This document shows positions 53,296 through 64,000 of a stretch of 64,000 bases of DNA, in pieces; within the stretch, counting starts at the first letter, position 1; the number at the start of each line of letters is the position of its first letter. The notes beneath the pieces were generated by a model, which saw nothing but the letters and a program-made list of their open reading frames with translations, was not told where the DNA came from and ran no database searches. The position numbers and the translations under genes were made by a program. Source of the DNA: Anolis carolinensis (lineage: Eukaryota); NCBI RefSeq assembly GCF_035594765.1, contig NC_085842.1, positions 235,053,747 to 235,117,746 on the forward strand. Direction: 5' to 3'.

Positions 53296-56268
53296 CTACA
53301 CTGTTTAATCCATGGCAAATTGGGTGAGTGAGTTCTAAATAGGCTTCATGTGAGAAAAATAGGAATAGGTAGATATTGATATGCACCTCAGGAGAGGGGA
53401 GATTGAGGCTGAATTCTCCACCCATGTAACTGATGGTCTCCTTGGGAACAACATTTGGGTTGTATCAAAGTACTGTGGTGTCTCGCCATTGTTTATGGAT
53501 GAGTTGGTCTCTGATAGCCACTGCCTCATTTTATTACACAACAAAGTCAAGTGTAAATTCAAGTTCAAGTTCAAGTTCATGTCCTTAAATTGGTTGGCAG
53601 TTCACACAGAGATTGATTGGTAACATATAATAAAAGTTGACCATAGTTAACCCACACTGTTGTGTTGTCTCGTAATTTCACTGGTGGGAAATATTGGCCA
53701 ACGTAAGCCTCATTCACTTGAGCAGCTTGGGAAAGTTACTTTGTGGATTATAAACAGCCCCAAATCCAGCCAGCATAGTCATTGGCCATAAGAGCTGTGG
53801 GACTTGAGGAGTTGTGGTCTCAATAAGGAATTTCCCCAATCTCTGCAGTAACCCTATGTTACAGTAGGCCTGATGCCTGTGCAGCATCTCCAGATTAGCT
53901 CAAATGAAGTTTGCCATTAACTGTTGGTGATGGGTTTGTCATGGAATGACCTCACTCCCAGAAATCTGTTTGTAATGAGTAATAATAACAATGAAGATGT
54001 CATCAAGCTGTAAAATCCTCTGGAGAGCTGGAATCTGTTCTCGGCTCATAGTGTGTATAAACAGTCAAAATATATGTGGTGCTACAAGATTCTGGGGTCC
54101 TGCCTGTGAAAATAAGGCAAAATAAACTTGTTTCCTGTTGGACAAACACAAATAAATTGAGTATTTTTTCTGGAAGGAATTGAGTAGACCTCAAAACTCC
54201 CTCATTCCTGTAATCCTATCAAACTAGGAACAATAGTAAAGTGAAACCTGAAAGTATAAAATTGACCCAGGCTTGATTTTTTTTCTGGTCTAAAATGGCT
54301 AAACTCATACATTAGAATATACCACAGTTTAGAATAAAATAGCCGCTTAAACATTTCTGCCTCTGCTACCAAAGTTTCTGTTGCGGTTATGCCCAGGAAC
54401 ACGTCCACTTTGTTCAATGAGGTATATCTGTAATAGCGCTATAATTGGGTCCCTGGTTTTGGGGAAAATGAGAGATATAAAGAGGAAAAGTATAAAGAGG
54501 AGGAAGCAAAACAATACTTTTTTTGGAAAATCTCTCTTTCTCAACCCCTTTCCTTCCTCTATCTTCCCCCAAATGGGCATAGAATAGCCCTGTTGTGTTC
54601 ATTGTTAGAAACAAAACAGAAATCAGGTCATTTTTTTACTCTCCACTTATTGTTCTTGTCCTTGATGGGAAGGGAAGACATTTTTGTTGTTCGCAAAACC
54701 AAAAAAGCAGAGCAAAATCTACTCAGAGGAGACTGAGCAAGTAGCAGGTGGACTGCGGTCATAAACACATTGCCCTGAGAATGTTCACTAAGGCATGTCA
54801 GCTTGATTTGAATCACTTGCTAAAGTGCAGGCTCTCCAAAGCCAAAAGAACCTACGTTCCTCCAACAAAAGGGAATCCCAAAGCATAAATAAAAGATTTC
54901 ACCTGTGAAGAGTGATTTATTATCTCTCACTCATGAGAGAGATAGATGTGATTTTCCCTGTGATGGCCACTGCTCTTAGTTTTAAAGTAAAAAAAAACCA
55001 AACAACTCAACAAACAATCAATCCTTTGCAAAGAAAAAGAACCAGAAGAACCAGAAGAAGTAAAATTTGACTCACTCCAAGGCAAAATGTGAAATGCAAC
55101 CAGGTTGGCCTTATTGCTAGCAAACTGTAGGGGACCATTTAGAAGAGCGCTTGGCAGGGGGCAGCTTTCCCCATCCCGTGCCCCCCAGCATAGATTGCCA
55201 CCTTTTCTTCACTGAGGATCAATGCCTTTTAACAGCCAGGTGGCAAGCAAAAGTTCAACAGATGAAGCTCTTCGTATCACTTTCTCTGCATGCCAGGAAA
55301 AGTCGTGACTATTGAATTTCGATCTCTCGTGTAGCTCTTAAAGTCAAAATGCAGCAGGTGAGAACAGGGAGATCCTATTTCAGCAGCAGCAGGTGTAAAC
55401 ATGAGGCATGCCTTCTTAGCAATACTTTCCCAAAGGGATCCTGAGCTTTACACTCCATATTTTTGATAATTCAGGAAGCTTAGATTCTTGATTCATTTCT
55501 GAGCAGACCTCCTAAAGGTAAAGGAATTTCCAAGATCTGTGCCATGTTCATTCTTTATTTTTTATAAATTTTGTTTACCAATCATTATAATCCTGGAGAG
55601 GAACAGGATGCTTGGAGCCAACTGGCATTGATGTGGCTAAAAGCATATGTCATTAATACTACAGTTACTAGACTCAGCAAGGAGCAGGCATGTAGCTGGG
55701 GGGGGGGGGCTTGAGGGGCTTCAGCCCCACCCGAAATTCTCAGGGTGGTCCGTGAAAAGGTCTTACATTTATTATTTAAACTGTTATGTTTATTCATATC
55801 ATGATCTGATCACCATGCTCAATATATCCCATATGCATGGGGGTATTGGGATAATGATACAAAAGGTTTGCTAGGGTAGATCCTCTCTCACTCAGACTCA
55901 GCCCCAGACTCAGACTCAGGCATGGTTCTCCTCCTCCATATTCCCAATCAAGGTGAAGCCACATTGCTTTTACTCTGTTCTCAGGTTTTATTTTTTAAAT
56001 TTTGTTTTGCATTATTTCACAAGTGTTCAATTATGCTCCTGTGTGTGGGGGGGGGGGGGAGGGGTCACCAGCATGCAGCAATTCTCCAATTGCAACAGTG
56101 CCCTCCATTTCTGAGAAATGTTGAAACTATGCAACTGCGCAATTGAAGCATTAAAAGAAAAAATTCATCAACATGTGTGTGTTTTGTAGGGTGGGGTCAA
56201 ATGGCGCAATGCTGAAGACTTATTGCAAGAATTCGCATCACTGAAGCAGCACCATAATGCTATTAGAG

Positions 56269-56640
56269 CAGTGGTTCCCAACCTTTCTTTTGACTAGGGA
56301 CCACTTGACCAGGGACCATTGTGAACAGGGACTACTCTCCAACATTAGTACCAAAAAGGTTACAAATCAGTTTTTGGTCAACTTTAGATTGGGTTTGGTT
56401 ATTTGAGGTGCTGATTCAGAAAACTGTATTGGATAGACCACATCAGCTCTAGTTTCTGATACAGAACATATGTCATCAGGTAATCACCATTTGCTTGCCC
56501 ACAGAAAACCATATTTATTAATCTAGAGTTGATGTTGTCTATCCAATGCAATTTTCTGAATCAGCACCCCAAATAACCCCAGGAACAGGCCTAAAACCAA
56601 AGAGACCAATAATTTGTTTTTGTTGGGCTGCGTTATTATC
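56269..56640. mobile_element. hAT MITE fragment with internal inverted repeat
   Basis: Left TIR CAGTGGTTCCCAACC; inverted pair 56395-56452 / 56523-56578; right end not seen. Confidence 0.6.
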
Positions 56641-56691
56641 CATAGTAGTAACCCTCTCTACCTTCTCGACCTTCAGGAAACAGTTAAAAAC

Positions 56692-57258
56692 ATGGTTGTT
56701 GTATGTTTTCCGGGCTGTATGGCCATGTTCTAGAAGTATTCTCTCCTGACGTTTCACCCACATCTATGGCAGGCATCCTCAGAGGTTGTGAGGTATGGAG
56801 AAACTAAGCAAGGAAGGTTTATATATATCTGAGGAAAGTCCAGGGTGAGAGAAGCACTCTTGTCAGTTGGAGGCCAGTGTAAATGTTGTAGTTAATCACC
56901 TTAATTAGTATTGAATAGCTTTATCTCCTGACTTCTTCTTGCCTGGGGGCATCCTTTGTTCAGAGTCATTAGCTGCCCCTGGTTCCCATGTCTGGAACTC
57001 CTCTGTTTTCAGAGTGTTGCTTCTTATTTACTGTTCTGATTTTTGAATTTTTTAATACTGGTAGCCAGATTTTGTTCATTTTCATGGTTTCTTCCTTTCT
57101 GTTGAAGTTGTCCACATGCTTGTGGATTTCAATGGCTTCTCTGTGTAGTCTGACATGATAGTTGTTGGAGTGGTCAAGTATTTCTGTGTTCTCAAATAAT
57201 ATGCTGTGTCCAGGTTGGTTCATCAAGTGTTCTGCTATGGCTGATTTCTCTGATTGAG
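56692..57258 (-). mobile_element. Penelope-like element 3' fragment (GIY-YIG endonuclease C-terminus plus pseudo-LTR)
   Basis: KSAIAEHLMNQPGHSILFENTEILDHSNNYHVRLHREAIEIHKH...NFNRKEE. Confidence 0.9.
56745..56785 (-). ncRNA. Minimal type I hammerhead ribozyme motif in the Penelope pseudo-LTR
   Basis: CCU-CUGAGGA-U-GCCUGC(CAUAGAU)GUGGGU-GAAAC-GUC-AGG. Confidence 0.8.
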
Positions 57259-58258
57259 CTAGTCTGCAGTGCTTTTCATGTTCTTTGATTCATGTTCCAC
57301 CATATGAACCACTGGGAGTCCACGGATCACAGGTATTAGCATACCCCCAAGCATAAAGCATATTAGAGAAAAGGTGTGAAAGTCATTGTTTCCATTCCAG
57401 CATGTTTCCATTTGCTTAAACAATGTGACTGCTGCAAGACAATAGGCTGATGTGATAAAGCCTATAGACAGAATTGCACATAGATGGATGTACGTATAGA
57501 AAATTCCATCAGGAACTGCCTTTGTCAATACTGCCTGTAGTTATTTGACTTTCTGTACAGATATCAGCACATGCAACTACATTAAAGATGCAAGAGTATA
57601 TCTCCCCCATATTGACAGCATCTTCCAGTAAAATCAGAAGTTATGCCAAAGAACCAGAGCTGTGCTGAAATCATGTCCTTTTCCTACAATTTTTCAAAAC
57701 ATAAAAATGTATCCCTACTTTGTGTCAATTTTGTTTGAAAATACATTTGTTCATGCACTTAAGTTGCCATCATTTGCTTTTCATCTCCATTGCGCTCATT
57801 TGCTACCTTTATGCAGCCGTATTTCATTTTAGTTCATCTCAACCATTTGCTGAAACCAGGTTAAAACATCAGATAAAATACACAAAATCATTTTGTGATT
57901 GTAGATTAGTTGGGGCAGCACTTGAGTAACATACCTTCCAACACTGAACACATGGGGGAAAGGACATATGTGGTCAAGAAAGCAAAAGAAACATGGAAGA
58001 TATGATAAACTAGGAGAAGCTATAGCAGTTTGCTTTTGCCAGAGCCTATTCAGAAATCGAGATTTTATCCTCATCTCTCCCCTGCTACTGACTTGAGTAC
58101 AAATTTCTTTTACTTTTACACATCAGCTTACAGTAATTGAAGTAAACTGTGGGTGAAGGTTAAAAGTTGGAGGGAGAAAGGGGCATTTTAAAAGCTGAAA
58201 AAGTAAGATGACAGTGGATTAACTGAGACTATCCCTGAAAGACTTGGAGACTATAAAG

Positions 58259-58724
58259 CAGTGGTTCTCAACCTTCCTAATGCCGCAGCCCCTTAGTACA
58301 GTTCCTCATGTTGTGGTGACTCCCAACCATAAAATTATTTTCGTTGCTACTTAATAACTGTCATTTTGCTACTGTTATGAATTTTAATATAAATATCTGA
58401 TATGCAGGATGTATTTTCATTCACTAGACCAAATTTAGCACAAATACCCAATTTGCCCAAATTGGGATGCGGGGGGGGGGGGGGGGGGGGAGGTTGATTT
58501 TGTCATTTGGGAGTTGTACTTGCTGGGATTTATAGTTAACCTACAATCAAAGAGCATTTTGAACTCCACCAACAACGGACTTGAACTAAACTTGGCACAC
58601 AGAACTCCCCTGACCAACAGAAAATACTGGAGGTATTTGGGAGAAATTAACAGTCTTTGGCGACTTCTCTGATACCCCCCTTGCAAACCCCCAGGACTTC
58701 CGACCCTCGGGTTGAGAAACGCTG
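58259..58724. mobile_element. hAT MITE (same family as 27744-28482, opposite orientation, shorter)
   Basis: TIR CAGTGGTTCTCAACC / GGTTGAGAAACGCTG; perfect TSD CTATAAAG. Confidence 0.88.
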
Positions 58725-59164
58725 CTATAAAGTCTCCAACATTGCCTCTTCCCCTAAATAAGACACAATGCACACAATACCACTATATGACTATTTCAGG
58801 AAAAATGTGCAGCGGTCAATGGGTAAAATAGCATCAAACCGAACTGAAAAGCAAGTATTTGCACAACGGTCAGGTTCTAAGGGGAAATGTTTACTTTTAA
58901 GAGTACCATGGGACTGATATTAACACAATTAAGTTTTTACAGAACAGATCTGGTAGAAACCTTTGCAAACAAGAAGACGTATGGTGTTGTTTCTGGATCT
59001 CCTTCCTACCTGCTGTCCCTGCTTTTGGGGGAATGATGTTCCCTCGTGCATCTCTTTTCTCTTGGCTCCTGCTGTGTTCGAATGGCAGCCGCAGGAGGTG
59101 CAAATACAGCCTTAGTGTTAGGTGAATGCTCATGAAACATAATCAATATGACTGAGATTTTAAA

Positions 59165-59210
<46 letters not shown>

Positions 59211-61947
59211 CTTGCTATTAAACCAAAGACCTTGATTTTTTTGTTCCCTGCAACTCAGGATTCAACACTCTTGAAAACAGAGGAGCATTTCCTTTGTAAA
59301 TGACACTTTTTAAATGATATCCAGCTCTCGACTTGGTCCCTGTGATTGAGCTAATAGTCCAAACACGGTGTTTATTATTACTGTCTTTTTTTCATTTGTA
59401 CGTTCATCATCATCTTGGAGGGCTCCAAGTGGTTTCTGGTGACAAATGCAAAACTTGCAACCTGGTGATTGCATTCCAACTTAGTTTACTGACAAGAAAA
59501 CAATCATGTGCAAAATGCCAGAGATGCCCTACAAGTCTTTTTGTCTGTGCAGCAAAGAAAGAAAGGGGAGATAGTTGTAATTAAAGGAGCAGGAAAACCA
59601 CTTGGATAGCTAGCGGTGATTACAAGGGGCAGAACTGGAAAACAGCCAATCAGTTTCTGTCAAAGTGAGCTTGTCATTCAACAGCATTGGCAGTAGGGAA
59701 AGAAATTATGCAACTCATAAGCAAGGCATTTAAATGTACAGAAATTCAGAATGAGACATACACCCTTTGAATGATGTTGGGTAGCATGTACACGGTCTTT
59801 CGGACTCTCTAGTCTAGTATACCTCTCTCATATCTTCCAATATCCACAGAAGGAAACTGGGACACGCGTGGCCAAGCAACAACAGTGTAGTTCAAGATGC
59901 CAGACACTATTAATGACAAAGAACACCCAAGTTAGGAGAGACTGCAGCAGTTTGCTTTTGCCTGTGTCTACTGGGAAAGGCAAGCTACTACCCCTCTCTC
60001 CCCAGTAATTGAGTAGAAATTACTGTTGCAATTGGACATCACTTTCAAGTAATTTAAGTAACCAGAGAACACAGGGAAACATTGGGTGAAGAAAAGAGAA
60101 CCTGGGACATGTTAAAAGCAGCTGAAAAGTGAGACAGAGCAATAATTGGGATAGTGCCTGCTAAATAGGGACAGTTGAAGGGTATGTTTTTTATCAGAAG
60201 CCACATGACAGTTTTCAGGTATGGCAATATTTGTATGAAACCTAGCAGGGCCTAGTGCAAGGAAACAAAAAATATGGCACAGATGGTCCAGTAGATAGAT
60301 ACCAAAATGTTATACCCCCTTCTTCCTTTTATCAGTCCCTGAAGAAGGACAATAAATATTACAGGCCAAAAAGCAGAGGGCTAATAGAAAAATAAAACCA
60401 TCTTTTCTACACCCTGAGACTACATCTTTTCTTTAAATCCCTTCTTGTGGGTGCTTTCTATACAGATCACATTAGAAATCCTAAGCCTATGCTAGGGGTT
60501 CTTGTGCTGTGTAATGGTCTACTTCAGTCTTTCTCAAACTCTGGGCTTTTAGGCATTCTGGATTTCAGCTCCTTAAATCTCTGATCATTGGACAAGGCAG
60601 TTAAGGCTTCTGGAAGTTGCAATCCAAAACACTTGGAGAACTAGAGTTTGAAGATCATATTCTACATGACTTTCAGAGCTCTCTAATCTATTTGGATTTA
60701 CGAATCCTGGACTAGATTAAGCAGTACTTCTCACAATCTTTCCCTTTTCACTTCAGTTATCATGACTGTTTCTTACAATTCATTCTGGAGCAGCTGAGAC
60801 CTTGCTACTGCATTTCCCTTTATCTTTGGTGAATGTCATGAGACCTCATCAGATGGGCTGATTGCCCGTTGTACGGCACTTGCTCCCTCCTTTAGCCCCG
60901 GAGCTCATTACACAATACACAGGGATTTCCGGCCAAGCTCCATGCCTTTAGAATAATGAGGAGAAGCCAGTTGGCAACACTTCCCCCTGTGGGATGGGGC
61001 AGAGCTAAGTTGAGCAATGCGGGGCGTGGAACAACGGGTTCTCCACGGCCCCTGTTGGGACCCCATCAATTCTCCATGATACATGGCAAATCCATAGGTC
61101 TTTGTGATGAGGTCCTTAGATTACCAATATTTGACCTGAATGGACTTAACTCCACTGGACGTGCTTCCCTCTACTATTACCTGTCTTTTCTGGTGTCTGC
61201 TACTTTAAAACATAGGGCATACTCCTCTGTGCTGGATTGTACACCTTTTTGTGAGAAAGATAAGAATGAAAGTAAGATCTCAAGCACATGTTCAAACAAC
61301 ACGGACATCACATAAATCATCATCTTCCACTTTGGTCCAAACTGTGACTGTCCACCAGCAAAGTCAATATTCCCCTTACCTGCTTCATTTGGCAACAGAG
61401 AAACAGCATCAATCATGATTCTTTTTCACATTAGACTTTTACTGAGGAGTTTTCTTCCCATCTATAAGAACTATCCGGTGCAGTTCCCACTTTCTTAATA
61501 TTCCTTGCGCCTCCCTTTCTCTCCCTTCCCTCCTGGTCCCAAATCCCCCATCATAGAAAGGTGAGAGGTGACTGCTTTTTAAAAGGGTGCTGCTCAGTTA
61601 TACTGACAAAAGAAAAGAGTCAGAGGAAACAACAATAGAGAAAGCTCTCAGGCCCCGGCATTGCAAACCGTGCCTCTTGGTGAAAGCAGGAGGCAGTTTT
61701 AAGATGTGACCCATCAGGTTCTGTGCACACAGCAATAATGGAGAATGTGATAAACTGTCACCAGAAGACAAGCTCAATTCCCTGGGTCTTAATGGTGGGA
61801 TAACACAATAGGGTCAGACTAAAAAGGTTTCCTTATGAAAATTTTATCAGCAACTTTGGTAAATTGCTGTGGGGAAAGGTGCACGGCTTTCAGGCAGACC
61901 TGGAACCTGTTTTTTTACAAGGTAGGGCTAGCAGGCATTGCATCACA

Positions 61948-62087
61948 NNNNNNNNNNNNNNNNNNNNNNNNNNNNNNNNNNNNNNNNNNNNNNNNNNNNN
62001 NNNNNNNNNNNNNNNNNNNNNNNNNNNNNNNNNNNNNNNNNNNNNNNNNNNNNNNNNNNNNNNNNNNNNNNNNNNNNNNNNNNNNNN
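61948..62087. other. Assembly gap (140 N)
   Basis: N run. Confidence 1.
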
Positions 62088-62854
62088 AGACCACAGGGGT
62101 GGTGTAGTGTGTCATATACAGGAAAAGCCATAAGTAGAACTTAGAATACCGGAAAACCATGAACTTCAGGGGCTCTCAAATACCTTAGACCTAGCCATAA
62201 AGTAGATGGCCTATTTTGTGGTATGCAGAAAACAATTGATAAATAAATTACAGCCAATTTTCTTAGTGGTACAGTCTCCATTACCTCTGACAGCAGCAAA
62301 CTGCCTCGCTAAAATGATAAGAGGTGAATAATAGTGTATCGAGTAGCAGGCTGAGGAAATTCTTTCCGAGTCCTCTTTGCAACAGCAATGACACAAAGAT
62401 CATTCACAAAAGGGCATGGGATGAGCTGTGGAAGCTGAAGGAGGCAGACAGAAAGGTGGCTGTGAGGGAACTCACACCATTACTGGACTGGCTATGGGTG
62501 GTATTCATTTCCTCCTGTCTGCTTTGACTCAGACTTGTGGAATCTTCTTACAACTAATAGTAAGCATTAGACTTCCTCAGACAGATGTGGTGTGTAGCAT
62601 CAAATACTACTGGGCTCAGCGTCTTTCTCATTACTTCTTGATAGAAGCAGTCAAAATATCTCAATATCACCTCATCCCTTTTTCTAGCAAGCTATCTACA
62701 ATTTCTTCCCTCCCTCTATCGGAAAGATATAATATACAATTTCTACTGTGTTTACTATTAACAACCCAAAATGACTGGGATCCTATCTACCGGTCATATC
62801 AAAACCTTAATTTTGGCCCTAAAACCTGCCCTTGACATATACACAAGGTTGACT

Positions 62855-63143
62855 TTTTTTTCTGTCTGGAGCGACTTGAAAAACTGCAAGTTGCTTCTAG
62901 CATGAGAGAATTGGCCATCTGCAAGGATGTTGCCCAGGGGACGCCCAGACATTTTTGATGTTTTACTATCCTTGTGAGAGTCTTCTCTCATTTCCCTGCA
63001 TGGAGCTGGAGCTGACAGAGGGAGATCATCTGCACTCTCCCCAGGTTGGATTCAAACCGGCAACCTTCAGGTCAGCAACCCAACTTTCAAGTTAACAGTC
63101 CTGCTGGCACAAGGCTTTAATCCATTGCATCAACAGGGGCTCC
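62855..63143 (-). mobile_element. tRNA-headed SINE containing a Vingi 5'-derived (HDV-like) middle segment
   Basis: Head GGAGCCCCTGTTG..., B-box-like GGTTTGAATCC; the 18-mer GTTGCCCAGGGGACGCCC (62929-62946) is identical to Vingi 1124-1141. Confidence 0.75.
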
Positions 63144-63589
63144 AATGTGGGTTTACTCTTATAATTGTGTTAATTGTGTATAAGTGTTAATTGAAAAATA
63201 TGTGGGGAGGGGGATACTTCTACATGTCTAACAATAATTCCTTGTTTTTTGTGTCTCCACACTAACTTGTAGTAGGAAGGTACTACTTTTTAATAGTAAC
63301 CTTTGGTTTTACATTTTAGTTCCTTTTATGTATGTCTGGCTATCTCCTATTTTAAATGGCTGGCAATTTCAAGCTGTACTCCCTCAATGAAAAGCATGAA
63401 TGTTGATGTCTTTCAGGATTTAAAGTCCCATTCCACATTAATTTCTGACAAGGGAAAAGTACCATAAAGTTCATAGTTAACTAGCATATCATGTAGTAAT
63501 CTAAGGCCCAATCTACACTGCTACATAATCCAGTTTCCGAATGCAGATAATCTTCTTTAAACTGGATTATATGGCAATGTAGATATAGA

Positions 63590-64000
63590 CGGCAGGGCTG
63601 TATACTTTCACCCTACATATTAAACTTGTATGCAGAATACATCATGTGAAGTGCAGGGCTTGATGAATCCAAGGCTAGAGTTAAAATTGCTGGAAAAAAC
63701 ATGACAACCTTAAATATGCAGATGATACTACTTTGATGGCTGGAAGCGAGGAGGAGCTGAGGAGCCTTATAACCAAGGTGAAAGAAGGAAGCGCAAAAGT
63801 TGGGTTGCAGTTGAACATTAAGAAAACCAAGATTATGGCAACCAGACTGATTGATAACTGGCAAACTGAAAACGTGGAGGCAGTGACAAACTTTGTATTT
63901 CTAGGTGCAATGATTACTGCAGATGCAGACTGCAGCCAGAAAATCAGAAGACATTTACTTCTTGGGAGGAGAGCAATGACCAACCTCAATAGAATAGTGA
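63590..64000 (+). mobile_element. RTE/Bov-B LINE fragment (RT core, degraded; runs off the right edge)
   Basis: QGCILSP...YAEYIM...KYADDTTLMA...GLQLNIKKTKIMA; the final ~110 bp match 36250-36360. Confidence 0.9.

Noticed and set aside
60335-60384. Hammerhead-like relic AGTCC-CTGAAGA-AGGAC...GGCC-AAAAA...GGGCT
   Set aside because: The GAAA core and NUH cleavage triplet are missing and stem II is mismatched; at best a dead relic.
62324-62835. 67-aa and 135-aa ORFs next to the gap
   Set aside because: Non-coding-like composition; the end runs into a transposon fragment.
1-64000. CRISPR arrays, prokaryotic operons or endogenous non-retroviral virus genes
   Set aside because: This is vertebrate DNA with no regularly spaced repeat-spacer array and no ORF resembling a viral protein that I can recognise.

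Overview
This is repeat-rich, AT-rich vertebrate DNA. The repeat set (Sauria SINE, RTE/Bov-B, CR1, L2, Vingi, R4/Dong, Penelope, hAT/Tc1/Harbinger-like MITEs) indicates a squamate, most likely an Anolis-type lizard. I recognise no host protein-coding exon, so it reads as a large intron or gene desert; nearly all listed ORFs are noise or retroelement fragments. Main observations: (1) A Vingi/Ingi-type LINE at the left edge begins exactly with a complete HDV-like (double-pseudoknot) ribozyme fold carrying an unusual hairpin in L3. (2) A tRNA-headed SINE near the right edge carries the same fold internally, with compensatory changes in P2/P4 but a broken cleavage-site pair, i.e. an apparently disarmed ribozyme scaffold. 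(3) A Penelope 3' end has a minimal hammerhead ribozyme. (4) A solo LTR has an open frame from its first bases that ends in an RRSLRIAAK arginine-anchor-like motif. (5) A telomeric array is inserted at a hAT MITE end with a ~60-bp duplication. (6) A SINE-insert-SINE chimera sits under one TSD, and its insert matches sequence 20 kb away. All structures and alignments were done by eye; family names are by recognition, not database search.
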